From assembly GCF_963921235.1 (NCBI RefSeq), contig NC_086097.1, forward strand, positions 187,118,001 to 187,182,000: DNA of 64,000 nt. Direction: 5' to 3'. The DNA comes from Mobula hypostoma (taxonomy: Eukaryota). The notes beneath the pieces were generated by a model, which saw only the letters and a program-made list of their open reading frames with translations, had not been told where the DNA came from and did no database searches. The position numbers and the translations under genes are program-made. Positions 50,395 to 61,939 of the stretch are shown one piece after another (the first letter of the stretch is position 1; each line of letters begins with the position of its first letter).

Positions 50395-51660
50395 GAGTCA
50401 TAGAGTCATGGAAAACTACAACACAGGAGCAGGCCATTCAGTCCATCTAGCCAATGCTGAACCATCGATCAGCACCAGGACCTTAGCCCTCCATATCCCT
50501 TCTATCCCTGTACCCATCCAAATTTTTCTTAAATGCTGAAATCAACGTCGCATTCACCACTTGTGACGGTGGTGAGAGTCATTCCACACTCTCACCACCA
50601 TCTGAGTGTATAAGTTCCCCTTACGTTCCCTGTAAATTGTTCACCTTTCTCCCTTAACTCATGGCCTCAGGTTCCAATCTCATACAACCTCAGTAGAAAA
50701 AGCCTTCTTATATTTGTCCTACCTATACCCCTCTATTTCCTGGCACAATTTACATATTACTATTTAACTATTTATGGTTTTATTACTATTTATTATTTAT
50801 GGTGCAACTGTAACGAAAACCAATTTCCCCCGGGATCAATAAAGTATGATTATGACTATGACTGTAACTTTGTATACCTCTATCAAATCTCCCCTCAATC
50901 TTATACATTTTAGGGAATAAAGTTCTAACCTTTCAACCTTCCCATATAACTCAGGTCCTCAAGTATCGGCAACATGCTTGTAAATTTTCTCTGCACACTT
51001 TCAATCTTATTTGCAACTTTCCTCTAGGTAGGTGTCCAAACCTGGATGCAATACTCCAAATTAGGCCTCACCAAAACCTTATATAATTTCAACATAACAT
51101 CCCAACTACTGAACTTAGTACATTGATTTGCGAAGGCCAATGTGCCAAAAGCTTTCTTTATGACTTATCTACCTGTGACACTACTTTCAAGGAATTATGG
51201 ATCTGTATTCCTGATCCCTCTATTCTACCACACTCCTTAGTGCCCTATCATCACCATGTAAGACCAACTTTGGTTGGTTCTCCCAAAGTGCAACACTTCA
51301 AACTTCTCTGCATTAAATTCCACCTGCCATTATTCAGCTCATTTTTCCAGCTGGTCCATATCCTGCTGCAAGATTTGACAGCCTTCTTCACTGTCAACTG
51401 CATCCCCAATCTTGCTGACATCTGCAAATTTGCTGATCCATTTTACCACATTATCATCCAGATCATTGATATAGATGGCAAATGACAATGGACCCAGTAT
51501 CAGTGCCTGCAGCATACCACTAGTCACGGGCCTCCAGTCACAGAGGCAACCATCCACTACCACTCTCTAACTTCTCTCGTGAGGCTAATGTCTAATCCAA
51601 TTTACTAGCTCATCTTGAATGCCAAGCGACTGAATCTTTTTGACCAACCTCCCATGCAGG
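50395..51660 (-). mobile_element. CR1 LINE RT 3' part, with a short nested LINE tail at ~50745-50863
   Basis: WRPVTSG..Q..ILGPLSFAIYINDLD...KFADV. Confidence 0.88.
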
Positions 51661-51664
51661 AACC

Positions 51665-52264
51665 TGTCACTACCATCTGTCTTCACTATAATTTCAGCAG
51701 TTGCTGGAAGGATTGCCAGCATCCTGAAGAAATACTGATTAATACCATCAACAACCCCATAAGGGAGCTCAAATCACAGCTTATGTGGGTCAAAGATTCT
51801 GGGACTCAGTGAATGCAGAGCAGTGTATATCAGCCACATGGGACACGTGATGGAAACCCACATCAAGGAGCACAGGGGGTGTATTTGTTTCGGTTACCTG
51901 GAGAATTCGGTGGAAGCATTCACAATGACCATAGGATTGATTTTGATGACACAAAACTACTGTGTTGCACCAATGGCTTTTTAACAGAAGCCACTGGAAT
52001 AAAACTTGAGGAAAAGAATTTTAACAGAGACGAAGGTCTCACTCTAAGTAAGAGCTGGAATTCAATTGTGAACAAGGGGGGAAGGTAGAAACCTGATTGG
52101 ATGAGGACTAACCAATCAGGAGGTACGGTAATGGGGGTATGAATGCCACTGGACTAGACTTGCCCAGGCATCATCCCTGATGAAGATGGCAGAGTTTGTC
52201 ATTGAAACGTCGGTTATAGTTGATACCTGTACCTGACTGGAAACCCAAGAAGAGTTTATTCATC
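51665..52264 (+). mobile_element. Penelope/Poseidon-type element 3' end (second PLE family)
   Basis: VYISHMGHVMETHIKEHR (YIG.T.R....R..EH motif), HRIDFDDTKLL, EA..IK....FNRDEGLTLSKSW; terminal repeat with hammerhead-like motif. Confidence 0.85.
52175..52213 (+). ncRNA. Hammerhead-like motif of the second PLE family
   Basis: CC-CTGATGA(52177-52183)-A-GATGGCA/GAGTT/TGTCATT-GAAAC(52204-52208)-GTC-GG; stem I only ~2 bp. Confidence 0.6.
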
Positions 52265-52925
52265 TATGAACTCACTTTGCAGGACGTCATCACTCCTCCT
52301 ACCCATGTCATTGCTACCAACATGGACCATGACCTTTGGCTGCTCACCCTTCCTCTTAACAATGCTGTGAACTTGATCCAAGATGTCCCTGACCCTGGCA
52401 CCCTTGAGGCTACTTACCATCCAGGAATCTTGTTCTTGTTCACAGAACCTCCTTTCCGTTCCCCATACCAACGAATCCCCTATCACTTCAGCTTGCCTTT
52501 TCTTCCCACTTCCCTTCTAAGCCACAGAGGCAGACTCAATGCCAGTGATATGTCTGCTGTGACTTTCCTCTGCTAAGTCATCCCCTTCCCAACAATAACC
52601 AAAGTGGTATATTTGTTTTTGAGGGGAACATCCCCAGGAATACTCTGTACTGGCTACCTATCCCCTTTCCCATTCCTGATGGTCACCCAGTTACCTGTGT
52701 CCTGCTCCTTGGGTGTAACTACCTCCCTGTATGTCCTGACTATCAATCCCTCAGCCTCCTGAATGACCTGGAGTTCATCCAGTTCCTGCTCCAACTCCTT
52801 AACACTGTCAGTTAGAAGCTGCAACTGCATGCACTTCTTGCAGATGTAGCTTTTAAGGACACTGGAGCTCTGCTTGCCTTCTCATATCCCACAAGAGAAG
52901 TATTCCCTTATCTTGCCTGGCACCT
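52265..52925 (-). mobile_element. CR1 ORF1 fragment (Cys motif plus SGNH esterase)
   Basis: IGDSLV...GARVRD...VHVGSNDMGR; YICKKCMQLQLL upstream. Confidence 0.88.
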
Positions 52926-53829
52926 GCATTCTCTAAATGGGCAATAATAAAGAAAGGATATATAATGGACAAAAAAATCTAACTATGGTCGATAACGTTC
53001 CTCACCGAAATCTCCTTAGGCCAAAGTCTCAAATCCCCACTTTAACACTAGCCCACTCACACAATGGCCACTCCATTTAAACCTAACTTATTTTTACTTA
53101 TATCTTGCCTAGTGTCACAGTACGTGCCATTCAATGTCTCTCGGGAACTGGTGCACAAAATGTGCTGACTGCTCATGCTCACTTCTTTTAAACTCACTCC
53201 CCCTCCATTCAATCCAATGTCTCCTCTGGAACTATACTGTAGGGTTCATTTACAAAATGAAATTTTAAGAAAGCACACAGCTCCACAGCACTTTATTATT
53301 TGTTTACTTTGAAGGACCAAAAGTAGATGAGATTCATAACTAAATTTAATTTATCTTCTGTCAAAGTGTGCATTGATTTTCATTATTCTAATAGGCATAG
53401 GGCTACTGTAGTGAAATTTGTTTTTCAAAGAGCAATTATCCTTTTAAGCACTTTTTAGTTTTACTGGGGACAAAATTTGATAGCCCCTGAAAATAGATAC
53501 AAGAATTGTGTCTGAAATTAACCAATGTCCTTTGATTGCAAAGCTGGCTGCATACCAACTATTTTGCTGCTTGCTAATTGTAATAATTTCGGCATCAATA
53601 TTATTAGTGCTGCAGCTAAAGCCAATTAGAACTGCTTAAACCTGATCTGGCTTTCTTAAAGGGGAGCTACAAAAGTCGCTGGCAGACATTTTACAAGTGT
53701 ACCTGACCTGGGAAGCTAAAGAATGGCTGAATTGGTGAAAATTGGTGAAACTGCCCTACAAATTTTTTGGAGATGCTGTTCTGGGGGCTTGCTGGTGGAG
53801 GTGCATAATAAGTGATATGCCATGAATGT

Positions 53830-54185
53830 GAGGGTGATTACAGGCTGCAGATGAAAATGAGAACTGCTTGCTTAGAGTTAATGACATGAATCAGGACCCA
53901 GAGATCTCGATGCAACAGTGTATTATGTTCAAGAACATAACATGGGTAGTCAAGAACAGCAAATATATCCATGGAGAGAAGGCTGGTTTCTATGATGTAC
54001 TCAGCTACTGTATGTTCACAATACTCTGCAGCTTCCAAGGGCATAGCAGGTGCCATACCAAGCCATGATTTATCCAGATAGGTCGCTTTCTATGGTACAT
54101 TGACAAAAATTTGTGAGGGTCAACAGGAACATGCCAAAGATCTTTAGCCTCTTGATGAAGTAGAGGTGCTGGTAAGATATCTTTC
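53830..54185 (-). mobile_element. Degenerate Rex1-type fragment
   Basis: Remnants QHLYFIKRLK.FGM...FCQCTIES and ...AWYG. Confidence 0.55.
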
Positions 54186-54316
54186 ATAGCCTTTTTTTTT
54201 TTTTAAACCTTTTTTATTATAAAAAAAAAGCTTAAGTGTATTGAATGATCAGCAGTGGGAGTTGTGAATCTCCCCATTTTGGGACTCCTATTTACTTATT
54301 TTCAGTAGAATTTGTA

Positions 54317-56424
54317 TGTAACACCTTGCTTCGCCTAGTGGCTTAATCTAGTGGGTGATAACCCCCAGCCCAGCCAAACTTAAGAAATCTCGTTTGGGTG
54401 GATGCTGAGTGACGTGTCCCCTGTTACAAATCAGTACTCTGAAATAACAAACGGTACACAGTATGCGGTTAAACAATTAAGCTTTATAACTCTTACTTTG
54501 ACCATATGTTTAGTAGAGAAACAAAATATAAAAGTAAAAGGGCCCAAGTCTTATTAAACAGTCTGTGCACAAAGTTGGATCTCAGTCAGTAATCCTTCTT
54601 CCACCATCGATCTCCTCAGAGCGCCACTGACCTTCGGACCCTTCGCTCGGAGTCCACCCCATCCAGTAGTCTACCAGATCTCTCCATTCGTGTCTTCTCT
54701 CTTCATCTGTCTCTCTCTCCCTCTGGCAAAAGCCCATGAACTCAACTGCTTCCAGAATCACAAGACAGGGCAACAAAATCCTGATCAGCTAACATGCATC
54801 CACAGTCCTGTTATCTCCCGCCATAACCCAAACATTGCTGCTACAGGAAAACGATTACAGGTTTCCCCTGCCATCCAAAGGTAGAGCATTCCTATGAAAT
54901 GGTTTGTAAGCCGGAATGTCGTAAAGCGAAGAAGCAGTTACCATTTACTTACATGGGAAAATTTTGTGAGCATTCGCAGACCCAAAAATAACCTACCAAA
55001 TCATGCCAAATAACACATAAAACCTAAAATAACAGTAACATATAGTAAAAGCAGGAATGATATGATAAATTCACAGCCTATATAAAGTAGAAATACTGCT
55101 CTACAACGATCGCCTGCGCAGATCTCCGTAGCGAAAATCTCACGCAAGCGCTGTTGGCATAAACGCGCTCTCCAGTCACCTTTAAGCTATGAAGCTGCCA
55201 AATCTACCAAATAACACATAAAAGTACACAGCCGATATAAAGTTGAAATAATGTATGTACAGTGTAGTATCATTTACCGGAATTGGGAAAACAGCGCCAA
55301 GCACACTGATGATGGTGTGTTAGACTGAGTCGTCGCAGGTTGGGGTGGTGCAGTGGCCCCCACCCTCCGGCCACTGACCCAATACTTTGCCGCGAAGAAC
55401 GCAGCAGAAACCAGGAGGCACAAAGCACATCTTTAAGAAAAAAGCCGAAATAAACATGCTAATTAATTAGGTGCTGCCCGGCACATAAATGTCGGTGCAG
55501 ATCAGAGGTGATTGCTGATTGCATCGCCTCTGATCTGGGCCAACAATTACCTGTCGGGCAGCACCTAATTAATTAGCATGTTTATTTCGGCTTTTTTCTT
55601 AAAGATGTGCTGTGTGCCTCTCGGCTACCGCTGCATTCTCCGCAAATTGGTACAGGATTTGTCTGGGGCCCGGGGGTTGGGGTGGTGGGACATGGGGGTG
55701 TTATCTCATTGTCGATCAGGGCAGGCAGCTCATCTTCTCCTATGACCGCCCGCCTCGATGTCAAAGGTCGAGGTTCGTCATCTGCTGTGGCTGATGTGGA
55801 AGGCTTGCTTAACTGCTGAGCCTTGCGCATTTTTCTATCACACAGTTCTTTGTAAGCACTCAAACCATCCTGCAAATATCCCCTAAACCTACATACCCTA
55901 TCAAAATTAACGTTCTACTTTATCATTGCAGTGAAAGTCTCACGCAGTTGCTTCACTTTCGCTACTGCATTTGGTTTCGATTGTTATCCTTTCCTCTTCC
56001 AATTGTATCAGCTCTTCATCTATCAGATCTTGGTCATGGGACGCCAAAACCTCTTCAACATCATCTTCCTCAGCTTCCACAAGCCAAACTCTTTGTCCTT
56101 ACTTTGTTCACCACGATCAAAACACTTAATTATGTCTAGTTTTACGCTACATGTAACACCCTTGCGAGCTCTTTCAGGCTTTTCTGACACCTTAGAACTC
56201 ATCTTGCTAACAGCTGCTCAATGCAACGTGTTTAAGCAATGCCGTTCCGAATCCTGGGGAGAGTGGCTGCTCGGAGCGTGTGTTGCCTTTCTTCGTAACA
56301 GTGAAAACACCTTCTGAAAGCGAAAACAGGGTACTAATGTAGGTCTTTCGTAACAGTGAGGTTTAGTAAAGCGAACGTTCGAAAAGCGGGGGACACCTGT
56401 ACATTAGCCTTACAGCTCATTACA
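54317..56424. mobile_element. Solo LTR (~0.56 kb when the nested transposon is removed) with 4-bp TSD
   Basis: TGTAA...TTACA termini; TGTA at 54313-54316 and 56425-56428. Confidence 0.75.
54858..56399 (-). mobile_element. Internally deleted Tigger/pogo transposon
   Basis: TA|CAGGTTTCCCCTGC ... GCGGGGGACACCTG|TA; minus-strand remnants KLDIIKCFDRGE (CENP-B-like HTH), VEAEEDDVEEVLASHDQDLIDEELIQLEE and LSAYKELCDRK (C-terminus); no DDE core seen. Confidence 0.9.
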
Positions 56425-56589
56425 TGTATTTGGCTTTTTTATATCCACTTGTAAAATTATATTTTAGGCACTAATTTAAGACTCAGGTTGGTATTGTAGC
56501 TTGAATACATAAAGAAAAATGAAAGCACTACAAAGCAATAAAAATTAATATGCATCGATATTAATACTAATATAATGAATTGAGAGCAT

Positions 56590-56960
56590 TGATTAGCACA
56601 TAGTAGAAATGCGTTGAAAGCTGAGGAGGACTAGCAACTTGATACACAATCTTTAGGCATCACCGTGGGAGGAGGGATTGTAAAAGAGGAGGTGGCGTTG
56701 CTATATTAATCAGGGACTCTATTATTGTACTAAGTAAGAAGACTATTGAAATGATGCCAAGAGTGAAGCTTGGAAACAAACAGAGAGCGTTCAGTTCACT
56801 TGGGGTGTACTAGAGGCCTCCAAACAGCCACGTGGAGATAAAAGAGCAGTATATTGGCAATTGTTTTAATATAAAATGCTAAAAGGGTTTTGGATTTTTA
56901 GGTACATACAAGTTATTTTCTGAGTTACCATGTAAATAGTTCCAATGGAAAAGGGGCACT
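56590..56960 (+). mobile_element. Very decayed CR1 endonuclease fragment
   Basis: KRGGGVAIL and LGVY*RPPNS remnants. Confidence 0.55.
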
Positions 56961-58659
56961 CAGCATGTCTTATAATGTAATAAGTTCTCTTCAGCTCTCA
57001 TTCAGTCATTCCATGCCACATCTAATTTTCTTTTCAGAGGATGAACGACTCCCAAACCTCAGATATCATCACTTTCAAAATGACCACCAGAAAGTGACAA
57101 GAAGAACTTGATTTTTTTGCAGATTATTTGAGAAATGGGTCTACTTTAGACACATTAAGCTAATATTTGAAAGCAGCAATTGGATTTGGATTAAAAGGAA
57201 AGACAACAACTGGGCTGCAAGATGAAGACAGGAGGGTATGGAACTGAGGGGGGTGTATCTGGGACGCCAGGTAGCACCATTGAGCCCTCTGGAGACATCG
57301 CGGCTTATCAACGAAACGTCAAAGAAGGAGGGTGCCCACCTGATGACCCCGATGACGTACCTACCCTCCCTCCTTGTCACCACTCCAAACCCACTGCCAA
57401 CATCGAGAGTGCCAACTTACCATAGGGATTGAAACATCAAGTCCTAGTAGCTCTACTGGCATGCAATAAATATGCAGCAATATCTTCAAAGCCAACCATT
57501 CTGTGATCATCTGTATTAACAGGATGTCCTTTACCATATAGAAATGCCAAATAAATAATGGCCTTTCCAGCAATGCCTGCAGCTTGGACACCACTTCAGT
57601 GATGCTCCAATTTACTGGGGTATGTTCCATATTTATTTGGAGTTTGATGCATGATTCTTTTAATTACTTATTAAAGGTACAGATTGCCAAATTATCTGTT
57701 CAGTATAAATCATAGAAGTATGAAATAGCTTGATACAAAGTTTGTTCTCCATCTGCCTGATGGGATTGCTGTGATGAAAGAGGAGCAGGAAGTTCTTAAG
57801 GCATGAGGGTGAACAATGTTTCCTGAAGCATATCACCAAAAGGATCTTAAGTTCACTATAGTGCAGTAGGAGTAGGTTATTTCATAAAAATCAAAAAAAA
57901 AATGCTGATGCTGAAAATGTTAAATTATAACAGAAAATGCTGGAGAAACTCAGTGGGTGTTTCCTGACTTGAGTGTTTGCATCATTTTCTGTTCTTTTTA
58001 TGTATTTAGTAATTCTACTGTAGACGAATTGACTTGAATCTGCCTACAAATCACATGGCTGCACTTTGAAAGTAATAACTGCCATAGAAATATGTTGAGA
58101 GGACCTGACAATAGAAAAACAAATTATATAATTGCAAGTTCTTCCTGATGTTATATATACCCCTGTTTTTGGTAAATAGCAAGATACTAATCATCTACAT
58201 AAATAATTTACAGGTAACAGCAAAATTATCCTGAATCTCAAACTGCCTTTCATCTTACTAATTTTTTGTTTGTTTACTAATGGACTCAACCAATAAGAAC
58301 TATATATTCTAGCAATTATATGCATAATTATTGAAGAATAAATTGATTCAGCTCAAATCCTAAACTGAATGATAAAAGAATCGGATGGCTTAATGAATAA
58401 TTTATCGCCATGGTAACTTTGTTCTCAAATTGTCAGGGATATTCACCTTTGTCTTTTTCACCCCTCTCCAACCCTCTCTGTAAACTCAAACTAATGTTTT
58501 ATCTCTCTTTCCCAGTTCATTCCACCTGAAATGTCAACACTCTTTCTATTCTACAAATGCTATTTGATGTTTCCAGCAAATCCCGTTTTCATTTTACAGT
58601 AGAAGTATCTCAGATAATGTGGTCCGACGAAAAGTTTGACTAGATGAAGTAGTCAAAGT

Positions 58660-59290
58660 TGTCAAGCAGAATGAAAGGTGGTTAAGAAGGCATATGCTAT
58701 GCTGGCCTTTACTAGTCGGAAAATTGAGTTCAAGAGCTGCATGGTAATGTTACAGCTCTATGAAACATGGGTTAGACTACACTTGGAGTATTGTGTTCAG
58801 TTCTGATTGCCTCATTATTAGAAAGGATGTGGAAGCTCTAAAAATGATGCAGAGGAGATTTACCAGTGTGGTGCCCGGACTAGAGAGCATATTTTATGAG
58901 GAAAGGCTGAGCAAGCGTTTCTCTTTGGAACAAAGGAGGATGAGAGGTGACTTAATAGAAGTGTACAGGATGATGGGGCATAGATTAGGTGGACAGCTAG
59001 TGGTTTTTCCAGGGTTGCAAAGACTAATACGGAGAGGGCATAATTTAATACGGGTGGATGTCAGAGGTAGGTTTTTTACAGAGAGTGGTAAGTGCATGGA
59101 TCACACTGCTGAGGTGGTGGTTGAGGCATATACATTACAGCCATTTAAGAGACTCTTACAAAGACACCTGGATGAAAGGAAAATGGAGGGCTAAGGGGAG
59201 GGAAATATTAGATTGATCTTGGAGTATGTTAAAAGTTGGCAAATAGTCATGTGCCCATGCACCTGTTCTGTGCTGTATCTGTATAATGTT
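58660..59290 (+). mobile_element. CR1 3' end
   Basis: RKDVEALKMMQRRFTSVVPGLE...FSLEQRRMRGDLIEVY. Confidence 0.85.
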
Positions 59291-60644
59291 CTAGATGAAT
59301 GCAGATTTTGATAAAGCAGCGGTTGGTGAAGAAGGAAATCCATAATTCTTTTACAAAGCCTACCAAATTATATTGAAATCAACAACATCTAAATGACATT
59401 TGAATGAAGCGGCTAGTTTGTCATAAACTCGCATCTAGACTTATTTAAGACTTTCTGCATTTGATGATAAAGTAATTAGTTTTGTACACTGGGTAATGCA
59501 ATTAATGACTATTGTGTTTTCACTTTAACCTTCCCATTAATCAAAATGAATAAAAGGACTGAAAACTAATTTAAAAAAAGACAGAAAGCTACAGATAATT
59601 TAATTTCAGTTAAGTATGTTGAATGCTATTTAACATCATGGTTTATGTTTGGAAGTTTATGTTGATATGCATGTGCATCATAACTACTCCGAAATTAAGA
59701 AATTGGACTGAATCTACAGAAATGCACAATACATCTACCTGACTGCTTTTAATGATCTTGCTTTAGATTTCAAAAAAATTACTTGACTAATGCACAAAGG
59801 TATACACAATTTGAGAATTAGAGTATAGGCTTAAATGGACCCTTTCTAGTTGACAAGATGTAATGAGTGGTCTACTATAAGATTTGCTGTTGTGGCTTCA
59901 ACTTATAATTTATATAATTAGCTTGCCTGAAGCACCAAAAGAATAGATGCAAAATTTGCTGATGATACAATGATAAATCAGAAAATAAGCCATGTAGAGA
60001 ACAAGGAGACAGAAAAGGGAGGTTAATTGAGTTGGTAAAGATCTAGCAAATGGAGTCATGATAATATTGAGTGTATCCATTCAAGATTTCTAAACTTGTC
60101 AAAACTTCTAGTCTTTTAAGAGTCTCTAAGTGTCCTCATTTGGGGAGGGGTTATATAAGTTCAGCCTGCAGTTCAAAGACTAATTTACTTAACTATTTTA
60201 GTCTCTTTTCTGAAAGAATTTAGCTGCCAATAATCATTATTTTGAGCAATGAAGTTCTTCCAACCAAGGCCGTGATCCCAGCTAATAAAGTAGATGAAAC
60301 TTAGTTATTTTACTGTAAATGGAACAGATTTATTTGGAGGAATGATTCTAACAGAGATTATAATTCTACAACATATTTCCAAACATGAGTATTATTCTTA
60401 AAAACTAGAAAAAACATACAAAGTGTTGCAAATTATCATATCGTCAATCACAAAAAGAAGGCTGTGTGAAGAGGTCCTTCTCAGGTTGAGGCTAAGTGGA
60501 CTTTAGGTCTTCATCTTTGTAACTCTTCTCCACTGTTACTGACTTCTAATATTTATGTCTTTTTTGCCACTCACTTAGTGATGGCCTCATTTGCATGTGT
60601 TGTTTTCACAACTGCTTTGATCAGGTCAAATGGTAGGGACTTTG

Positions 60645-61645
60645 GGTTCAAAGTAAATTTTATTATCATAATACATATATGTCACTATATACAACCTCCT
60701 TGAGATTCATTTTCTTGTGAGCATACTCCGTAAATCTATAGAATAATAACTGTAACAGCATCAGTGGAAGATCAACGAGAGTCCAGAAGACAATGGGCAA
60801 ATACAGATATAAATAAGCAACAATAAATAATGAGAACATGAGATAATAAGATTAAGAAGTCTTTAAAAGTGAGATCATTGACTGTGGGAACATTTCATGA
60901 TGGGGCAAGTGAGGTTGAGTGTAGTGTTCCCTTTTAGACCATATGACATGGGAACAGAATGAGACCATTTGGCCCTTTGAGTCTGCTACACCATTCAATC
61001 ATGGCTGATCCTTTTTTATTCAAGAATCTGATGGTTGAGGGGTAGTAACTGTTCTTGAACCTGCTGGTGTGAGTCCTGAGGCTTTTGTACCTTCCACCTG
61101 ATGGCAGCAGTGAGAAGAGAGCATGATCTGGGTGGTGGGAGTCCCTGATGATAGATGCTTCTTTTCTGTGATAGCACTCTATGTAGATGTGCTCAATGGT
61201 GAGGTCAGTGTTACCCGTAATGGACTGGGCTGTAGCCACTACTTTTTATAGGATTTTCCATTCAAGGCCACTGTGTTTCCATACCAGGATGATAGCAGCC
61301 AGTTATTTACTCTCTACTATAGAAGTTGGTTAAAGTTTTAGACTTCATGCTGAATCTCTGCAAGCTGCTAAGGGAGTAGAGGTGCTGCCGTGCTTTCCTA
61401 CAATTGAGCACGGCAAGTCCTTTGAAATAGTAACACAGAGGAATTTAAAGGTGCTAACCCTCTCCACCTCTGATCCTCTGATAAGACTGGCTCATGGACC
61501 TTTGGTTCCCCTCTCCTGAAATCTATAATCAGTTCCTTGGTCTTGCTGACATTGAATGAGGTGTTGTTGTTATGACACCACTCAGCCAGATTTTCAATCT
61601 CCCTCCGATATACTGATTCACTGCCACCTTCGATTCGGCCCAAGA
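60645..61645 (-). mobile_element. Rex1/Babar-type LINE 3' part, with a short CR1-tail insert at ~60935-61012
   Basis: YRREIENLAEWCHNNN..FNVSKTKELIIDFRR; HPDHALFSLLPSG.RY.SLRT.TSRFKNSYYP. Confidence 0.85.
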
Positions 61646-61939
61646 TAAGGTTGTTTCTTCCGAATGGATTGCAGTCTCAGTTAAGTCAACAATAGGTTTC
61701 CTGAGACTGGAAATAACATTAGGTAAAAAGTAACAGTAAACATCTTGAATCTTGATCAGTTTCTTCTGCTGTGCTAAAAGGCTGAGTTTAACAAAAAGAC
61801 AGGGAATATCAATCGTAGTGTATTATGTGGGAAACATGTCCTTAGATATTTTGGCAGGAAAAGAGGAAAAAAATCTAAATGTTGAGCGATTGCAGTTCTC
61901 TGAGGTGTAGAGAGATCACAGATCTGATGCCTAACCTTA

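Noticed and set aside
54188..54235. T-run/A-run quasi-palindrome as a terminator
   Set aside because: Simple homopolymer tracts in eukaryotic DNA; no functional support.
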